64,000 nucleotides of DNA from Leptogorgia sarmentosa (taxonomy: Eukaryota): assembly GCA_964658305.1 (NCBI GenBank), contig OZ210885.1, forward strand, positions 19,034,001 through 19,098,000, given 5' to 3'. The first letter of the stretch is position 1; each line of letters begins with the position of its first letter. Shown here one piece after another: positions 24,069 to 36,275 of this stretch. Below the pieces are notes generated by a model. It did not search any database and had not been told where the DNA came from. It saw only the letters and a program-made list of their open reading frames with translations. A program made the position numbers and the translations under genes.

Positions 24069-25445
24069 GTGGCACCTCCGACGGGATGACTGATACGCAA
24101 ACTGTTGCAGATCTTGAAAAATAGGTACACAAGTGTACATGTATCTGCGCCTATGTAGCTTGATGATCAAGTCTTATTTTCAGGTTTTCGATACACGCAT
24201 CTTATCTGTCCCTTAACACGATCTTGCATGTATAAAATGGTTTAATGCTAGGGAATAGGCGAATAGCGCAAATGCTAATTCCTTTCAAGACGTATTCAAT
24301 ACTTGATATAAGCTTTCATGACTATCTCGCATTCCGGAATTCCCACGATCATATATCAAATTGCATAAGGAATTGAAACTTGACGACATATGATATCGCA
24401 TGTTATGTTATTGCGTCTTTAGAATAGACACAGCGCATTGCGATTGTTTGTGAAAAATGTGGCTTTCTAAAAACCAAATTTACCCTTTTCAATACCGTAT
24501 CATAATAATATATTTATATACAATATATTCCGTCCATTCATGCGCATTTGCGTAGACGCTAAATTGTATGTATGATCGGTATGCGCATTACGCGTTGGTT
24601 CAAAACAGAATACTTGAAACTATATATGATTTCGTTTGTTTTGTCTCGCACTTAATAAACGCACAAACCCGTTTTATTACAAGCTACGAAATCTATTTTC
24701 CTGGGATTGAATGTTCCAACCATTCCGTATGGCGAAGCGTGAAAATATAGTAGATATTTCGTGATCACAATGACATCGCGGGCAGTCCAAACATGTACAG
24801 TGTGTCAGTGCGACAGTGCCGACACGCTAAAGTATCGTAGGGAAAATATACGCGCAATTGTGTCAAGTCATTAAACTCTTTCATAACCTTAAATATTTGC
24901 TGTGTTCAATTGTATGAATTGCGTCATGATATTTTTGCTTTCATGATCTAAATTGCATAGCGAACGCGAACCTCTTTAATTAATATCTTTAAAAGCAATG
25001 CCAATGTCTGCAATTTGCGTCATGATATTTTTGCGTATAAATTTCCTTAGTATAAATAGTGTTCTAAACGGCGCAAACGCTCATAAATTAACCTCTATTT
25101 CAGTGAAGTCACTCGTCGCTGCGAACATTATATTTTCTTTTTATCTGGATATTCATGCGGAACAAAATCCACGATCAAACAGACAAACACATCACCACTC
25201 TTTAGCTCACGCCTATATCAGCCGCCATTTTGTAATATTTAGCCCGCAAGAACTCCACGTTGGTTCTCTTAAATTTGCGGGTGGGCTCAGTGAGAATTAC
25301 GTCATCTCAATGTTACGTTGTCGCCTATTGGCTAAATTTAACTAACGAATTCGCTGATTGGCTGCAAGCTAACAGTTAACAGCTAACAGCTAACAACTCG
25401 ATAGCAATATATCTGCGTCACTACGTCACGCAGATACAAAAACAT

Positions 25446-28400
25446 TTGAAGACAAAAGCTGATTTACTTAAATTTACAAATGAAGAGACGAGCGAAATTC
25501 TAAAGAGGGCTAAACCGAGTGAGTTAGAGCGACAACGGAAAACACTGAATGATAAATTACAGGGGGTACATGACCTTAAGCTCCGTATACAAGAAAAGAA
25601 ACTAGGAGACAGCGCTGCAGCAGAAGATGTGCGGGCGTGGACAGAAACAGCTAAAAAGGACTATATATTACCGATCGAAGAGGCGATTCATGAATTGGAT
25701 ACTGTGATCAAAACCACCCAAGAAAGGGAAATTAAGCACAAGGAGTTACTTGCGACCCAAGCTAGGGATGCGCAGTATCAAGAGGTCTTGAAATACGACA
25801 AGGAGAAACTTGAACTTCAGTTGCTATACGAGAAAAAGATGGCGGAAGAACGCGGGAAACAGCATAGTGACCACGCGCTGAAACCTATGAATGTGCGATT
25901 GCAGAAGCTGCAGATTACCAAGTTTGAAGGTACCTATTCAGACTGGCTACGGTTTTGGAACCAGTTCGAAGCCGAGATCCACGCTGCGGATATTCCACCA
26001 GTAACAAAGTTCTCATATCTCAAGGAGTTGGTCGTTCCAAGGGTGAGAAGTGCAATACAAGGTCTACCGTTTACGACCGAGGGCTACGAAAGGGCGAGAA
26101 ACATCCTTCAAACCAGGTATGGAAAGTCTAGTGAAATTGTTAATAGTTACGTACAAAATATCATGTCATTACCAAACGTACACGGCTGCCAGCCATCGAA
26201 AGTACATGAATTTTACGAGGCACTTATGTGCAATGTGCAGTCGTTAGAAACTCTGGGAAAATTAAGCGAAGTTAATGGCTATGTCAGAGCCACGATCGAT
26301 AAGTTAGAGGGGACCTGGTCCGTATGGATGATGACTGGCAGGAGTGGAAATTCCCTCAGTTAGTAGAGGCGTTAAGAAAATGGACGGTGCGCAACCCTGT
26401 TAAATCTCCAAGCGAAAGGCAATCAGGAAAACCCCCGCAGTTTCCTAGCAAACGAGATAAGACCTTCACTACCAGGCAAGAAGAGCGAGACAGACCCCAG
26501 ATCCCCTAAAGCATGCGTGTATTGTGATGGAACTGATCATAGATCCGTAGACTGTAAAAAGGTTGAACGAACTGTCGATAGGAAAAAGGTATTAGTTTCT
26601 AAACAACTATGTTTTAATTGCGCTCGACCAAGTCATAGGGCATCGGAATGCAAATCTCGCACGGCATGCCAAAAATGCAAACGACGACATCATACGAGTA
26701 TATGTGAAGATAATAAGGATAACATTGGCGCCAACTCGAGTGTACTGTTGACAGCGTCAAGTGGCAGGAATTCGATGGTGACCTACCCCGTAGTAATAGT
26801 AGAAGTAAATGGGATAAAATGTCGAGCATTGCTGGACACTGGGGCGGGGAGCTCGTATGTGTCAGCGACCCTTATCGATCTAATTAACGCAAAACCAATT
26901 AGAAAGGAATTCAAACGTATTGAGATGATGCTAGGAGCCGTCAACAAAGTAATTGGCGTGTATAAATTGCCTATTAGTAATCTCGAAGGAAATTTCAAAC
27001 TAGACACCGAAGTCACAAAAGTTGATCGTAAAGAACTGTTGTCTTTAAAAAACCCCAGGTATCGAGAAACCATAGCCAAATTTCCACATTTGAACGGGGT
27101 AAAAATGCATGATACTGACGAAAAACCGGAACTTCCAGTGCACCTTATTCTTGGCGCAAGCGAGTATGCCCGAATTAAGACTGAGACCAAACCGAAGATA
27201 GGACATTCCAGTGAACCTGTAGCGGAACTGACAAAATTTGGTTGGACGATCCTTTCCCCCGGCGGAGAAATCGACTTAACTCCAATGTTGTTAACCCAAA
27301 CAGCTTCACCAGACTACGAACAGCTGTGCAGACTCGACGTGTTGGGACAAAAGGACTCGGCAACCGGAGACCAAGGAGTCGTTTACGAAGAGTTCAAGGA
27401 GCAACTTACGCGACATCCGGGGGGTTGGTACGAGACCAGCCTTTCATGGAAGGGTAATCATTCTCCACTACCAAACAACAAAAGTGGCAGTCTGAGTCGT
27501 CTTGACAGCCTAGTACGCAAGTTGGAGAAACAAGACACCTTGGCAACGTATGACAAAATTATTCAAGATCAACTGGACCAAGGAATAGTTGAACGTGCGA
27601 AGGACGAAGCCGTAGGGAAGGAATTTTACATTCCCCATAAGCCTGTTGTTCGAGAATCGGCCGAGACGACGAAAACCCGAATAGTTTACGACGCGTCAGC
27701 ACGAGCCAACCCTAAAGTTCCATCGCTCAACGATTGCCTGGAGACTGGACCCCCCTTACAGAACCTCTTATGGAATGTACTGGTTCGCAATAGGTTCCAC
27801 CCGGTTGCAGTAGCAGGAGATCTAAAGCAAGCGTTTCTGCAGGTACGAATTCGAGAGAACGAACGAGACGTATTGCGTTTCCATTGGCTGAAAGACTTGC
27901 AGACCAAAGAAATCAAAGTGCTACGTTTTACCCGTGCGCTCTTTGGATTGGCACCTTCTCCATTCTTACTAACTGGAGTGACCAAGGAACATTTGCGAAG
28001 GTTTCAACCAAAATACCCTGACGTAGTAGCAGAGATTGAAAAGAGCTTATATGTCGATGACCTTATCAGTGGAGCAGTCAGCACACATAAAGCCCTGGAA
28101 TTAAAGAATATGGCCAAGGAAGTTTTTGGCGACGCGGGATTCCAGTTGCACAAATGGCACTCAAATGTGACGGTCATAGAAGCGGAGAACTCAACCACGA
28201 CAGAGGAAGACCAGACGTATGCCAAGCAGCAACTCGGGGTGAAGCAAGGGGAGACGAAGTTACTTGGGCTCACTTGGAACAAAAAACGAGATAACATTGA
28301 AGTCACCGTCCCCGACGAAGCAGCCGAAACCACCAAGAGAGGGATCTTAGGGAAATTAGCAAAAATATACGACCCACTTGGCCTGATTTCACCATTGACC

Positions 28401-30472
28401 TTAACTGGGAAAACTCTCTATCGTGAAGCCTGTGACCTTAAAATTGCCTGGGATGCACCTTTACCAAGTGTATTATGACAGAAGTGGCTAAAATACAAGC
28501 GAAGCCTTCCGTGTCAAGTCTCTGTACAGAGAGGTTTAGCCAAACCAGAAGAGCCAATCCAGTCTGTGGAGTTGCACGCATTCGGAGATGCGAGTGGGAT
28601 AGGAGTGGCGGCGACGGCTGTTTACGCGGTCATACAGCAACCATCCAGAGTTAGGCAGTGGTCTTGTCGCAGCGAAGTTTCGCCTGGCGAAGAAAGGGCT
28701 CACCATCCCGAGACTTGAATTGGTATCCGGACATATGGCAACGAATCTCGTAAGCAACGTCAAGGAATCCCTAGAAGGTTTTCCGGTAAACCGAGTCGTG
28801 GGTTGATTGGATAGCACAGTAGCCTTGCATTGGATCCGAGGAAATGGCGAATTCAAACAGTTCGTTGAAAACTGTGTAAGAAGAATCCAGGAGAAGAGTT
28901 ATATCGAATGGCGACACGTGCCGTCGGCCGATAACCCCGCAGACCTCGGCAGTCGAGGAAGCGACGTAAGCCAATCAGCCAGCATTTGGTGGAAGGGTCC
29001 TGCCTGGTTGCTCGACGCAGACAAATGGCCACACAACATTACTACGCAAGAGACCAGTGAAACAAAGGCGGAAACAAAAACAACTGTGAAGGAGTTGTTC
29101 GCCGTAGCGGTCCCACATGAAGACGAGCTCGATCAGCTCTTACACAAACACGATTACTGGAAAACCATCCGAATAACAGCGAGAATGAGCCGCCTGGCGA
29201 GCAACGCAAGGAATCGTCGCAACGACATAGACAAAGTGGTTGGACCCTTGACAACAGAGGAAATGAGCGAACAAACGAAATTTTGGGTGAAACGTGTACA
29301 ACAACGCAACGAAAACACGGTAGCCTTCAAGGAAGACCAACGGTAGTTGAACTTACAAAAGAACGGCGAAGGTATCTACGTGTGTCGAGGTAGAATACAA
29401 GGACATTATCCCGTTTACTTACCAGATAACGAACTACTGTCCGAGAAGATTGTCGCGCACGCACACAAGCTCAGCTGTCATGGGGGAGTTGGAATGACAA
29501 CGGTGAAGTACAGAGAAAAATATTGGACTCCACGGCTAAGAAGTATCGTCAAACGAGTGACTAAGAAATGTCATACGTGTAAACGGTTCCGAGCAGTCGC
29601 AGTAGCAAACCCACCAACTGGAAACGTTCCTAAAGATCGGACCGAAGGCAGCATGGCGTTCCAAGTTGTTTGCGTAGATATCAGACGAAAGCAAGACGTG
29701 AAGGAAAGGCGTATATCATACTGTACGCATGCAGCTTGACGCGAGCAGTGTATTTGGAGTTGTTACCAAGAAATGAACGACTTCTTACAAAGCTTAAAAC
29801 GTCTTATCGCCAGACAAGGACGGCCCCAAAAGATCTACTCCGACAATGGCAAAACGTTCGTGGCAGCAGCAAAGTGGCTCAAGAGAATCATGAACGATGA
29901 ACGACTACACGACTGGCTTGCGATGTACGAAATAAAGTGGTAATTTAACACGAGTAGAGCACCTTGGTGGGGTGGACAGTTCGAGAGGATCGTTGGATTA
30001 GTGAAGCAAGCGCTCTACAAAGCTAGTGGAAGTACCTTACTCACCTGGGATATGTTGCAAGATCTTTTGCTGGACGTGGAAGTAGCGTTGAACAACCGGC
30101 CCCTCAGCTATGTCGAAGATGACCCCGAATTACCAATACTGACCCCCAATTCCCTAATGTTCCATCGACCAAACCCAATACCCACACTGGATTACCGAGA
30201 TATTGAAAATGTTGATCTGAGAAAGACTGCGAAACGAATAGAAAAGTGCAAGGATGCGATGTGGAAAAGATGGACGAACGAGTACGTGAGGGGATTATGC
30301 GAAAGACACAATCTCAAGCATGATAATAAGCAGTTTTCGTTGAAAGAAGGTGACGTGGTGATAATAAAAGGGGACGAACGCAATCGAAGTAAGTGGAAAC
30401 TAGGAATCGTGGAAGACCTGATTGCGGGACGTGACGGAGTTGTTCGGGTAGCGAGGCTGAGAGCGGGAAAGT
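25446..30472 (+). mobile_element. BEL/Pao LTR retrotransposon gag-pol, degenerate and 3'-truncated
   Basis: Gag (KFEGTYSDWLRFWNQFE, Cys/His knuckles), protease LLDTGAGSSY, RT RIVYDAS/DLKQAF/YVDD, Pao RNase H LHAFGDAS/DSTVAL/NPAD, integrase H-H-C-C, SDNG, WWGGQFER, terminal WKRWTNEY...WKLG. Multiple stops and frameshifts. Confidence 0.92.
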
Positions 30473-32831
30473 CTGGTTCAGTTACGACATCGTTACAAAC
30501 CATATTTATCAACTCCGCTTCCAGATCCCTCAATTCGTTATGTCTCTGAATGACAAACCCCCCTCTCTTACAAATCATGGCGTGATCGACGTTAAACAGT
30601 TCCCCGCACACGCAGGTAGATGGAAGATCGTCGATTTGCCAGTCATAACGTAGTTTGACTCCGTCCTTAAACTGCCTTTTGTTAAGATTAAATCCTAACT
30701 CTTTAAGAGGCAGCACTGTTAGCCACATCGATGATCCTTTTTCGGCAGCCAATTCTAGTGCGCGTCGAGTCTTCTGAGGTGCGACTTCCTTTATTCCATT
30801 GACCTTGTTTTCATTATCCTTTGCTCTCTCTTCTCTTACCTCTTGCTGTGCTGACGCTATCAGGGAGGGATCTGGTAACTGATGTGCTTGGGACACAATC
30901 TGTGTAACAAGAGGCATGGTTACTTTGATTGATGACATGTACTCACGCTGTGCATCGTCACACGGGTTCCCTAGACCCAATCCTCCCAAGCGTACTGGTA
31001 ACGATAGTATTTCCCTGTCCAACTGACTACACTGCCGATCTGTAAGAGCAGGGATAAGAATACGTGATACAGCGTTCTCTAACGGCTCAAGCAGATCCTG
31101 AATATCTGGAATGGTTCTGATAAAATACGTCCATCGATGTTTTAGGCCAAACGTATATGCTGCATAGCACGCTTGGGGCTGAACCGCAGCGAACTCGGCT
31201 AGTTTCGTTACTTCACTGATCCAGTTGGACACCTTATCACTTACATAGTCCTCCACATATTCTCGTGAACCAATCGCAGCTCCAAGATGTTTCTGCCCTT
31301 GTGTTGTTACATTCACAGCTGTCTCCTTGAACGCCTCCTTCACGGGATCCTCCTTGTCTGGCTTGGTGATAATCCAGCATTTCTTGGCGTTTGGGAAGTA
31401 GCCAAAATCCGGGCCTATCGTACTCAGAGTGTCCCACCACTTCTTGATATCCGAAACAGAGCCAGCTCCGCTTGCATCGTCTGCAAACCAGCATTGCTTG
31501 ATTTCACATGCTTCCTGGAGACTAGTAATTAAAGGTTGCATACTTAAGGCGTATAGCCCCATTGCGAGAGGGTCGCCCTGTGTTGTTCCTTCAGCTGAGG
31601 GGATTTCCTGACCTCCGGTGATAAACAGGCGTGATGAAAGTCTATAGGTGTTGATTGCATAGACCGCGATGATCGGACATAGGACCCGGATATTATGCAG
31701 TGCCATCGCTCGGTTTAGTGAGTTGAGTGCATTAGATGCATCAATTAACAGCACCGCATCGGTTTCGTCACTCTCAAATATAGTATGCATTGCATGTATG
31801 GCGGCTTCACTTCCAGCTTTCTGTCCCGCGCATAGCTGAAGAGACCCGCTAGCCTCTACAACATCATTCCTAACAACGTTCATTACACACTTTCCCATGA
31901 TTCGCCGGATCACCTCGCCCACACCTATTGGCCTAACTGAACCTTCGCCTTTATCAAGTGGGATTAAGCGGCTTGCCACTACTGCTTCTATAGTACTTGG
32001 ATCAATAAACTGTGTGCACAGAATCTTGGTCATAGTAGCTATCGCATCACATAAATTAGAAGATGATTTTTTGAAGGACTTGTTAGCCAGCATTCTTCTA
32101 AAACCGTTCGCATCAATGCCGGATGGCCCTCTGGATCCCTTGGTTCGCAGCGCAGCTTGTCGGACCATGTCACCGTTAATCTCTGAAAACAGCAACTCTG
32201 GTATGGCATCATCAATTGGCCCAAAAAGCAGGGAGCCTAATTTTGCTGGTTTTGGATCTGGATGTTTTTCTTTGAGTTGTGCCATTATGTCATCCGTCAA
32301 GCCTAGCACACCACCACTAGATGTCTCACTCACAAAACGTAACGCTGCATTGATCTGGCCTTCGAGAACAAGCTTTGCAAATATTTTAGATTTATTGGGC
32401 GGGTCTGACATTTTCGACTTTCCGATGCGACCTTGAATAAGTCTTCCTTTGCGTAGCAGTTTATGAATTTCACCTTCTTTCCATAGGACAAGTCGCTTAG
32501 ACAATGCCTCCACATGATCTTTTGCCTTAGACTTGGGACCTGGTTTTTGGAGGCCCACAGCGAGAAGAACAAATGCAGCCTTCAGCGAGACATGTTGTTC
32601 ATCGGAACCATTATTCCAGCTATTTATGTGTACCGTCACTTGATCAATAAAGTCACGCCCTACTTTCCCGTAAGGTACAAGAAAAGCATTCTTTCTCCAA
32701 TTGACAATCTCGTTATAAGCGTTAACTATGTCTGACGCCGATATAATAGTTGTAGTTCCGTCACTTCTCTTTCCCCAATTGATCGTAGATGGTTTACGGA
32801 CAGGGTCATATACGCTGGAAGGCATCCCGGG
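30473..32831 (-). mobile_element. CRE-clade non-LTR retrotransposon, RT and zinc-knuckle part; C-terminal endonuclease missing
   Basis: [51 protein letters not shown]...[16 protein letters not shown] in an open frame of about 780 codons that breaks at DVVTEP. Confidence 0.85.
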
Positions 32832-33142
32832 TGTAGTGACTGTAGTGTGTAGGGCCGCTGGACAATGACATGCGCCCACGGACAGAGAGCACGAGAGTCA
32901 ACCCCAGTTGTGTTAGACTTGTTCATGTTACATTATATTTGTGTTACAAAGATCATTACATATGGCGTAGTCGGCAGTGCCCGTCTCCAATCTATGCGTA
33001 CAGAAGACCTGGTCAGCTAGCACTAGCGTTTCCTTCTATTGACATCAACAAATCGCTTACTTTGTGGGTGCACATTTGCTTTTCCCGAGCTGAAATCACT
33101 GGTTACCAAACAATATCCTTTTTGTCGCGCCAAGTCCAAGCC

Positions 33143-34240
33143 ATGGACCTTTCACCTCCGCCACCCTTCGACGTCTACTCTCAACCGAACGGCGTATCTC
33201 GAAGATGGGAGAAATACGTGAAAACAGTTCGAATATACCTAGCAGCAAAAGGTATCAACCAGGCCGCCCGGCAACGAGCGATTTTGTTGCATTGTGCGGG
33301 CAGTGACATCCAAGATATCGCCGAAACTAATCTCACGGATACGGGCACAGGCCTCGACACATTAGTCCGCAAATTCAACGCGTATTTCTCGTCACGCAAC
33401 AACGTGGTCTTCGAGAGATACGAATTTCGACAATGTATTCAACACGAAGACGAAGGCATCGACTCCTGGCATACACGACTACGAATGAAGGCCAGTACTT
33501 GCGAATTCGGCGACCAAACAGACAGTTTGATACGAGACCAAATCGTAGCCTGTTGCCAGTCAAGTAAATTAAGGTTGAAGCTCCTCCTCCAAGTTGCTAA
33601 CATTTCGCTTCAAGACACGTTACAAACAGCGCGATCACTCGAAACTGCCAATAGACAGGCAGCGGCCATCGAAAACAACAACTACGAGGTTGATCCCTCA
33701 CCGGAACTTTCGACTCTCGGACGTTCCCACCTTCCACCGGAACTTTCTCACCTCCGACGCTCACAACGGTCGAGACGGTCGGGAAACGAGCCAGAATGGG
33801 CAAAACGCGAACGGGAGCAAAAATCACAACTCTCTTGTTATCGTTGTGGCGAGCTCGGTCATCGTACGTGCGAGAAAGCTCGCGGCAAAACGTGTAGTCG
33901 TTGTGGCAAAAAGAACCATTTTGCCAAGGCATGCAAAGGCAACCGCCCCGGCAAAGTGAACGAACTTGAAGAGACAATGCCACATACTGTCGCGGCCGTC
34001 TCTCAAGCCCAAGCCTACAGCAGTGACGAAGAACTTTTCTGCATTCAACCACTCGAATCAGCAGGAAATGACGCACGAGTTGTAATTTCCTTGAACGGAG
34101 TGCCCATCCGGTTGCTGATCGATTCCGGAGCCAGTGCCTCCGAGAAGAGCCATCAACCCAAGCGAGCAGGTCGATACTCGGGTTATCAACGCCGTCATAT
34201 CGTCTTCGCTACCTCGGGCGTGTACCGTAGAAGAGGTTAA
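33143..34240 (+). CDS. Gypsy Gag (two zinc knuckles) plus truncated protease
   Basis: MDLSPPPPFD...RWEKY...LLHCAG...FERYEF, CYRCGELGHRTC, CSRCGKKNHFAKAC, LLIDSGAS, then loss of similarity. Confidence 0.85.
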   Translation: MDLSPPPPFDVYSQPNGVSRRWEKYVKTVRIYLAAKGINQAARQRAILLHCAGSDIQDIAETNLTDTGTGLDTLVRKFNAYFSSRNNVVFERYEFRQCIQHEDEGIDSWHTRLRMKASTCEFGDQTDSLIRDQIVACCQSSKLRLKLLLQVANISLQDTLQTARSLETANRQAAAIENNNYEVDPSPELSTLGRSHLPPELSHLRRSQRSRRSGNEPEWAKREREQKSQLSCYRCGELGHRTCEKARGKTCSRCGKKNHFAKACKGNRPGKVNELEETMPHTVAAVSQAQAYSSDEELFCIQPLESAGNDARVVISLNGVPIRLLIDSGASASEKSHQPKRAGRYSGYQRRHIVFATSGVYRRRG

Positions 34241-35495
34241 ATCAGCTACAATCAGTGATCCAATCCTGCAAGCGCTTATCGAAAGCACTGCCTCAGGTAT
34301 TTGGAACGACCCTCAGCTTTCCTCTTATTATGCCCACCGCGCAGAGCTGACTTCAAGTGATGGCATTGTCTTGCGAGGCAATCGAATCTTAATACCGACA
34401 TCCCTCCGCAAACGAGTCTTGGAGCTGGCTCACCAAGGGCACCAAGGAATAGCTAAAACTAAATCACGTCTCCGCACGAAAGTATGGTGGCCTGGCATGT
34501 CCGCTGAGGCCGACGCATTTGTCCGCCAATGCCAGCCTTGCACTCTTGCCAGTTCAGCTCCGACACAACCACCACCACCGCTAAAACCAACTCCTCTCCC
34601 CGACGCCGCATGGCTTTACGTAGGAATGGATTTTGTCGGTCCCTTCCCCACTGGAGAGAATCTACTCGTACTCGTCGATTACCACAGCCGCTTCCCCGAA
34701 GTTGAGATCATGAAGAAGATCACCGCTGCCGCTTTAGAACCGCGTTTACGCCGAATCTTTGCACGGTATGGAGTTCCGAAGCGAATCGTCACTGACAATG
34801 CGCAGACATTCTGTTCGACCCGTTTTGCAAACCTGATGGCTGAATATGGAATCAAACACAGAAAGATCACGCCTCTCTACCCACGAGCAAATGGCGAAGT
34901 GGAACGACTCAACAGGAACATCAACAAGGTAGTGAAAACAGCCATCGCAGAAGGACGAAACTGGCGCTTCGCCCTCGACGACTGGTTACTTGCGTACCGA
35001 AACACACCTCACTCCGTCACAGAACAGGCTCCAGCGGTGATGATGTTTGGCCGTAACCTCAACGACAAATTACCTGCAATAAATCCCACCTCTCCTAAAA
35101 CGACGGACTCCGCCTCGATCCGAGAACGTGACACGAGAAAAAAAGAAAAATCGAAACAGTATCACGATAAAAAGAATAAGGTCGCTCCACCTACCCTGAA
35201 GGTCGGCGACACCGTCGCGGTCCGCAACGAGAAGCAGAGCAAACTGAGTCTACCCTGGCTCAAGACTCCATTCAAAGTTACCGCAGTTAAAGGAGATTCA
35301 GTAGTTTTGGAGGGGGAGAATCAACGCCTCATGCGACACTCGACGGCCGTTAAGAAACTACCGAAAAGCGGAGCCCCATCTCGTGATCCACCAAACCAAA
35401 GAGGCGCACCGAGGCAGGCAGACGCGAAGTATTCACGCAAAGATGCCCTCCGTCGTATCCGGAAAAAACCAGAATATTACGAACTAGCAAAGTAA
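34134..35495 (+). CDS. Gypsy integrase (HHCC + DDE), open frame but detached from gag
   Basis: AHQGHQG, CQPC, MDFVGP, VTDNAQ, ANGEVER, YRNTPHS. Confidence 0.85.
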   Translation: MPPRRAINPSEQVDTRVINAVISSSLPRACTVEEVKSATISDPILQALIESTASGIWNDPQLSSYYAHRAELTSSDGIVLRGNRILIPTSLRKRVLELAHQGHQGIAKTKSRLRTKVWWPGMSAEADAFVRQCQPCTLASSAPTQPPPPLKPTPLPDAAWLYVGMDFVGPFPTGENLLVLVDYHSRFPEVEIMKKITAAALEPRLRRIFARYGVPKRIVTDNAQTFCSTRFANLMAEYGIKHRKITPLYPRANGEVERLNRNINKVVKTAIAEGRNWRFALDDWLLAYRNTPHSVTEQAPAVMMFGRNLNDKLPAINPTSPKTTDSASIRERDTRKKEKSKQYHDKKNKVAPPTLKVGDTVAVRNEKQSKLSLPWLKTPFKVTAVKGDSVVLEGENQRLMRHSTAVKKLPKSGAPSRDPPNQRGAPRQADAKYSRKDALRRIRKKPEYYELAK

Positions 35496-35646
35496 TCTAA
35501 GTTGGGGAGGAATGTAGTGACTGTAGTGTGTAGGGCCGCTGGACAATGACATGCGCCCACGGACAGAGAGCACGAGAGTCAACCCCAGTTGTGTTAGACT
35601 TGTTCATGTTACATTATATTTGTGTTACAAAGATCATTACACCGGG

Positions 35647-36263
35647 TAGCATTCATTTTCTCGATTGTTATCGTTTTCACTTGCATTGTCTAAGACCGCA
35701 TTGTTCTTGGCTGCACCGCGCGCATTGTCTTCATTTCGCTCTGTCTCCCCTGTTCCTCCTGGGACTTCGCTAACAGGACAGGTCATATGCAAATCTATGG
35801 TCGATGTTGCTTGAGTAGAATTAGCATAACTATAGCTCTCTGCTTCTTGAATATTATATGTATCGTTGTTTACAAACTCTGCATTTAAGCTCGCTGAATC
35901 CGTTCTAACTGCTCGAACATTTCTAGGTATATTATCTACACTAGATATAGATTCGGCACTATTCCCCATCTGTTTATCTCCTATGATGTTTTGTGAACAC
36001 TCGCCATGTAATTTTCTAAACTCTGATTCTAGCCTTGCAGCTTGATCACCCAAGTTTTGATTTGAGAATCCGTATTCCCCATATCCTTTAGCATCCCATA
36101 ACTCTCTCATGATCTTAATATAGCCTTTCTTTCTCCCATTTCTCTCAAGCGGCGGCGGTTCTGATTTTGTTAAAGCAATGGCCTCGCACTTACAGCACAA
36201 TAAATCCTCTTTCATCTGCGGTGTCCATGTCTTTTTCGGTTTGAGCTGCCTTTGTTCCGCCAT
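35647..36263 (-). mobile_element. 5' end of the CRE-like LINE ORF
   Basis: ATG at 36263 (MAEQRQLKPKKTWTPQMKEDLL...KKGYIKIMRELWDAKGY...NQNLGDQAARLE). Contiguous with 32831 across the CCGGG TSD, with a frameshift close to the junction. Confidence 0.72.
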
Positions 36264-36275
36264 GTTGGATAATAT

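Larger units (their letters stand above)
32832..35641 (+). mobile_element. Gypsy-type LTR element, 2810 bp, non-autonomous (RT/RNase H deleted), CCGGG TSD
   Basis: Identical 129-bp LTRs 32832-32960 and 35513-35641. TSD CCGGG at 32827-32831 and 35642-35646. PBS TGGCGTAGTCGGCAG (tRNA-Ser-like) at 32963; PPT GGGGAGGAA before the 3' LTR. Confidence 0.95.
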
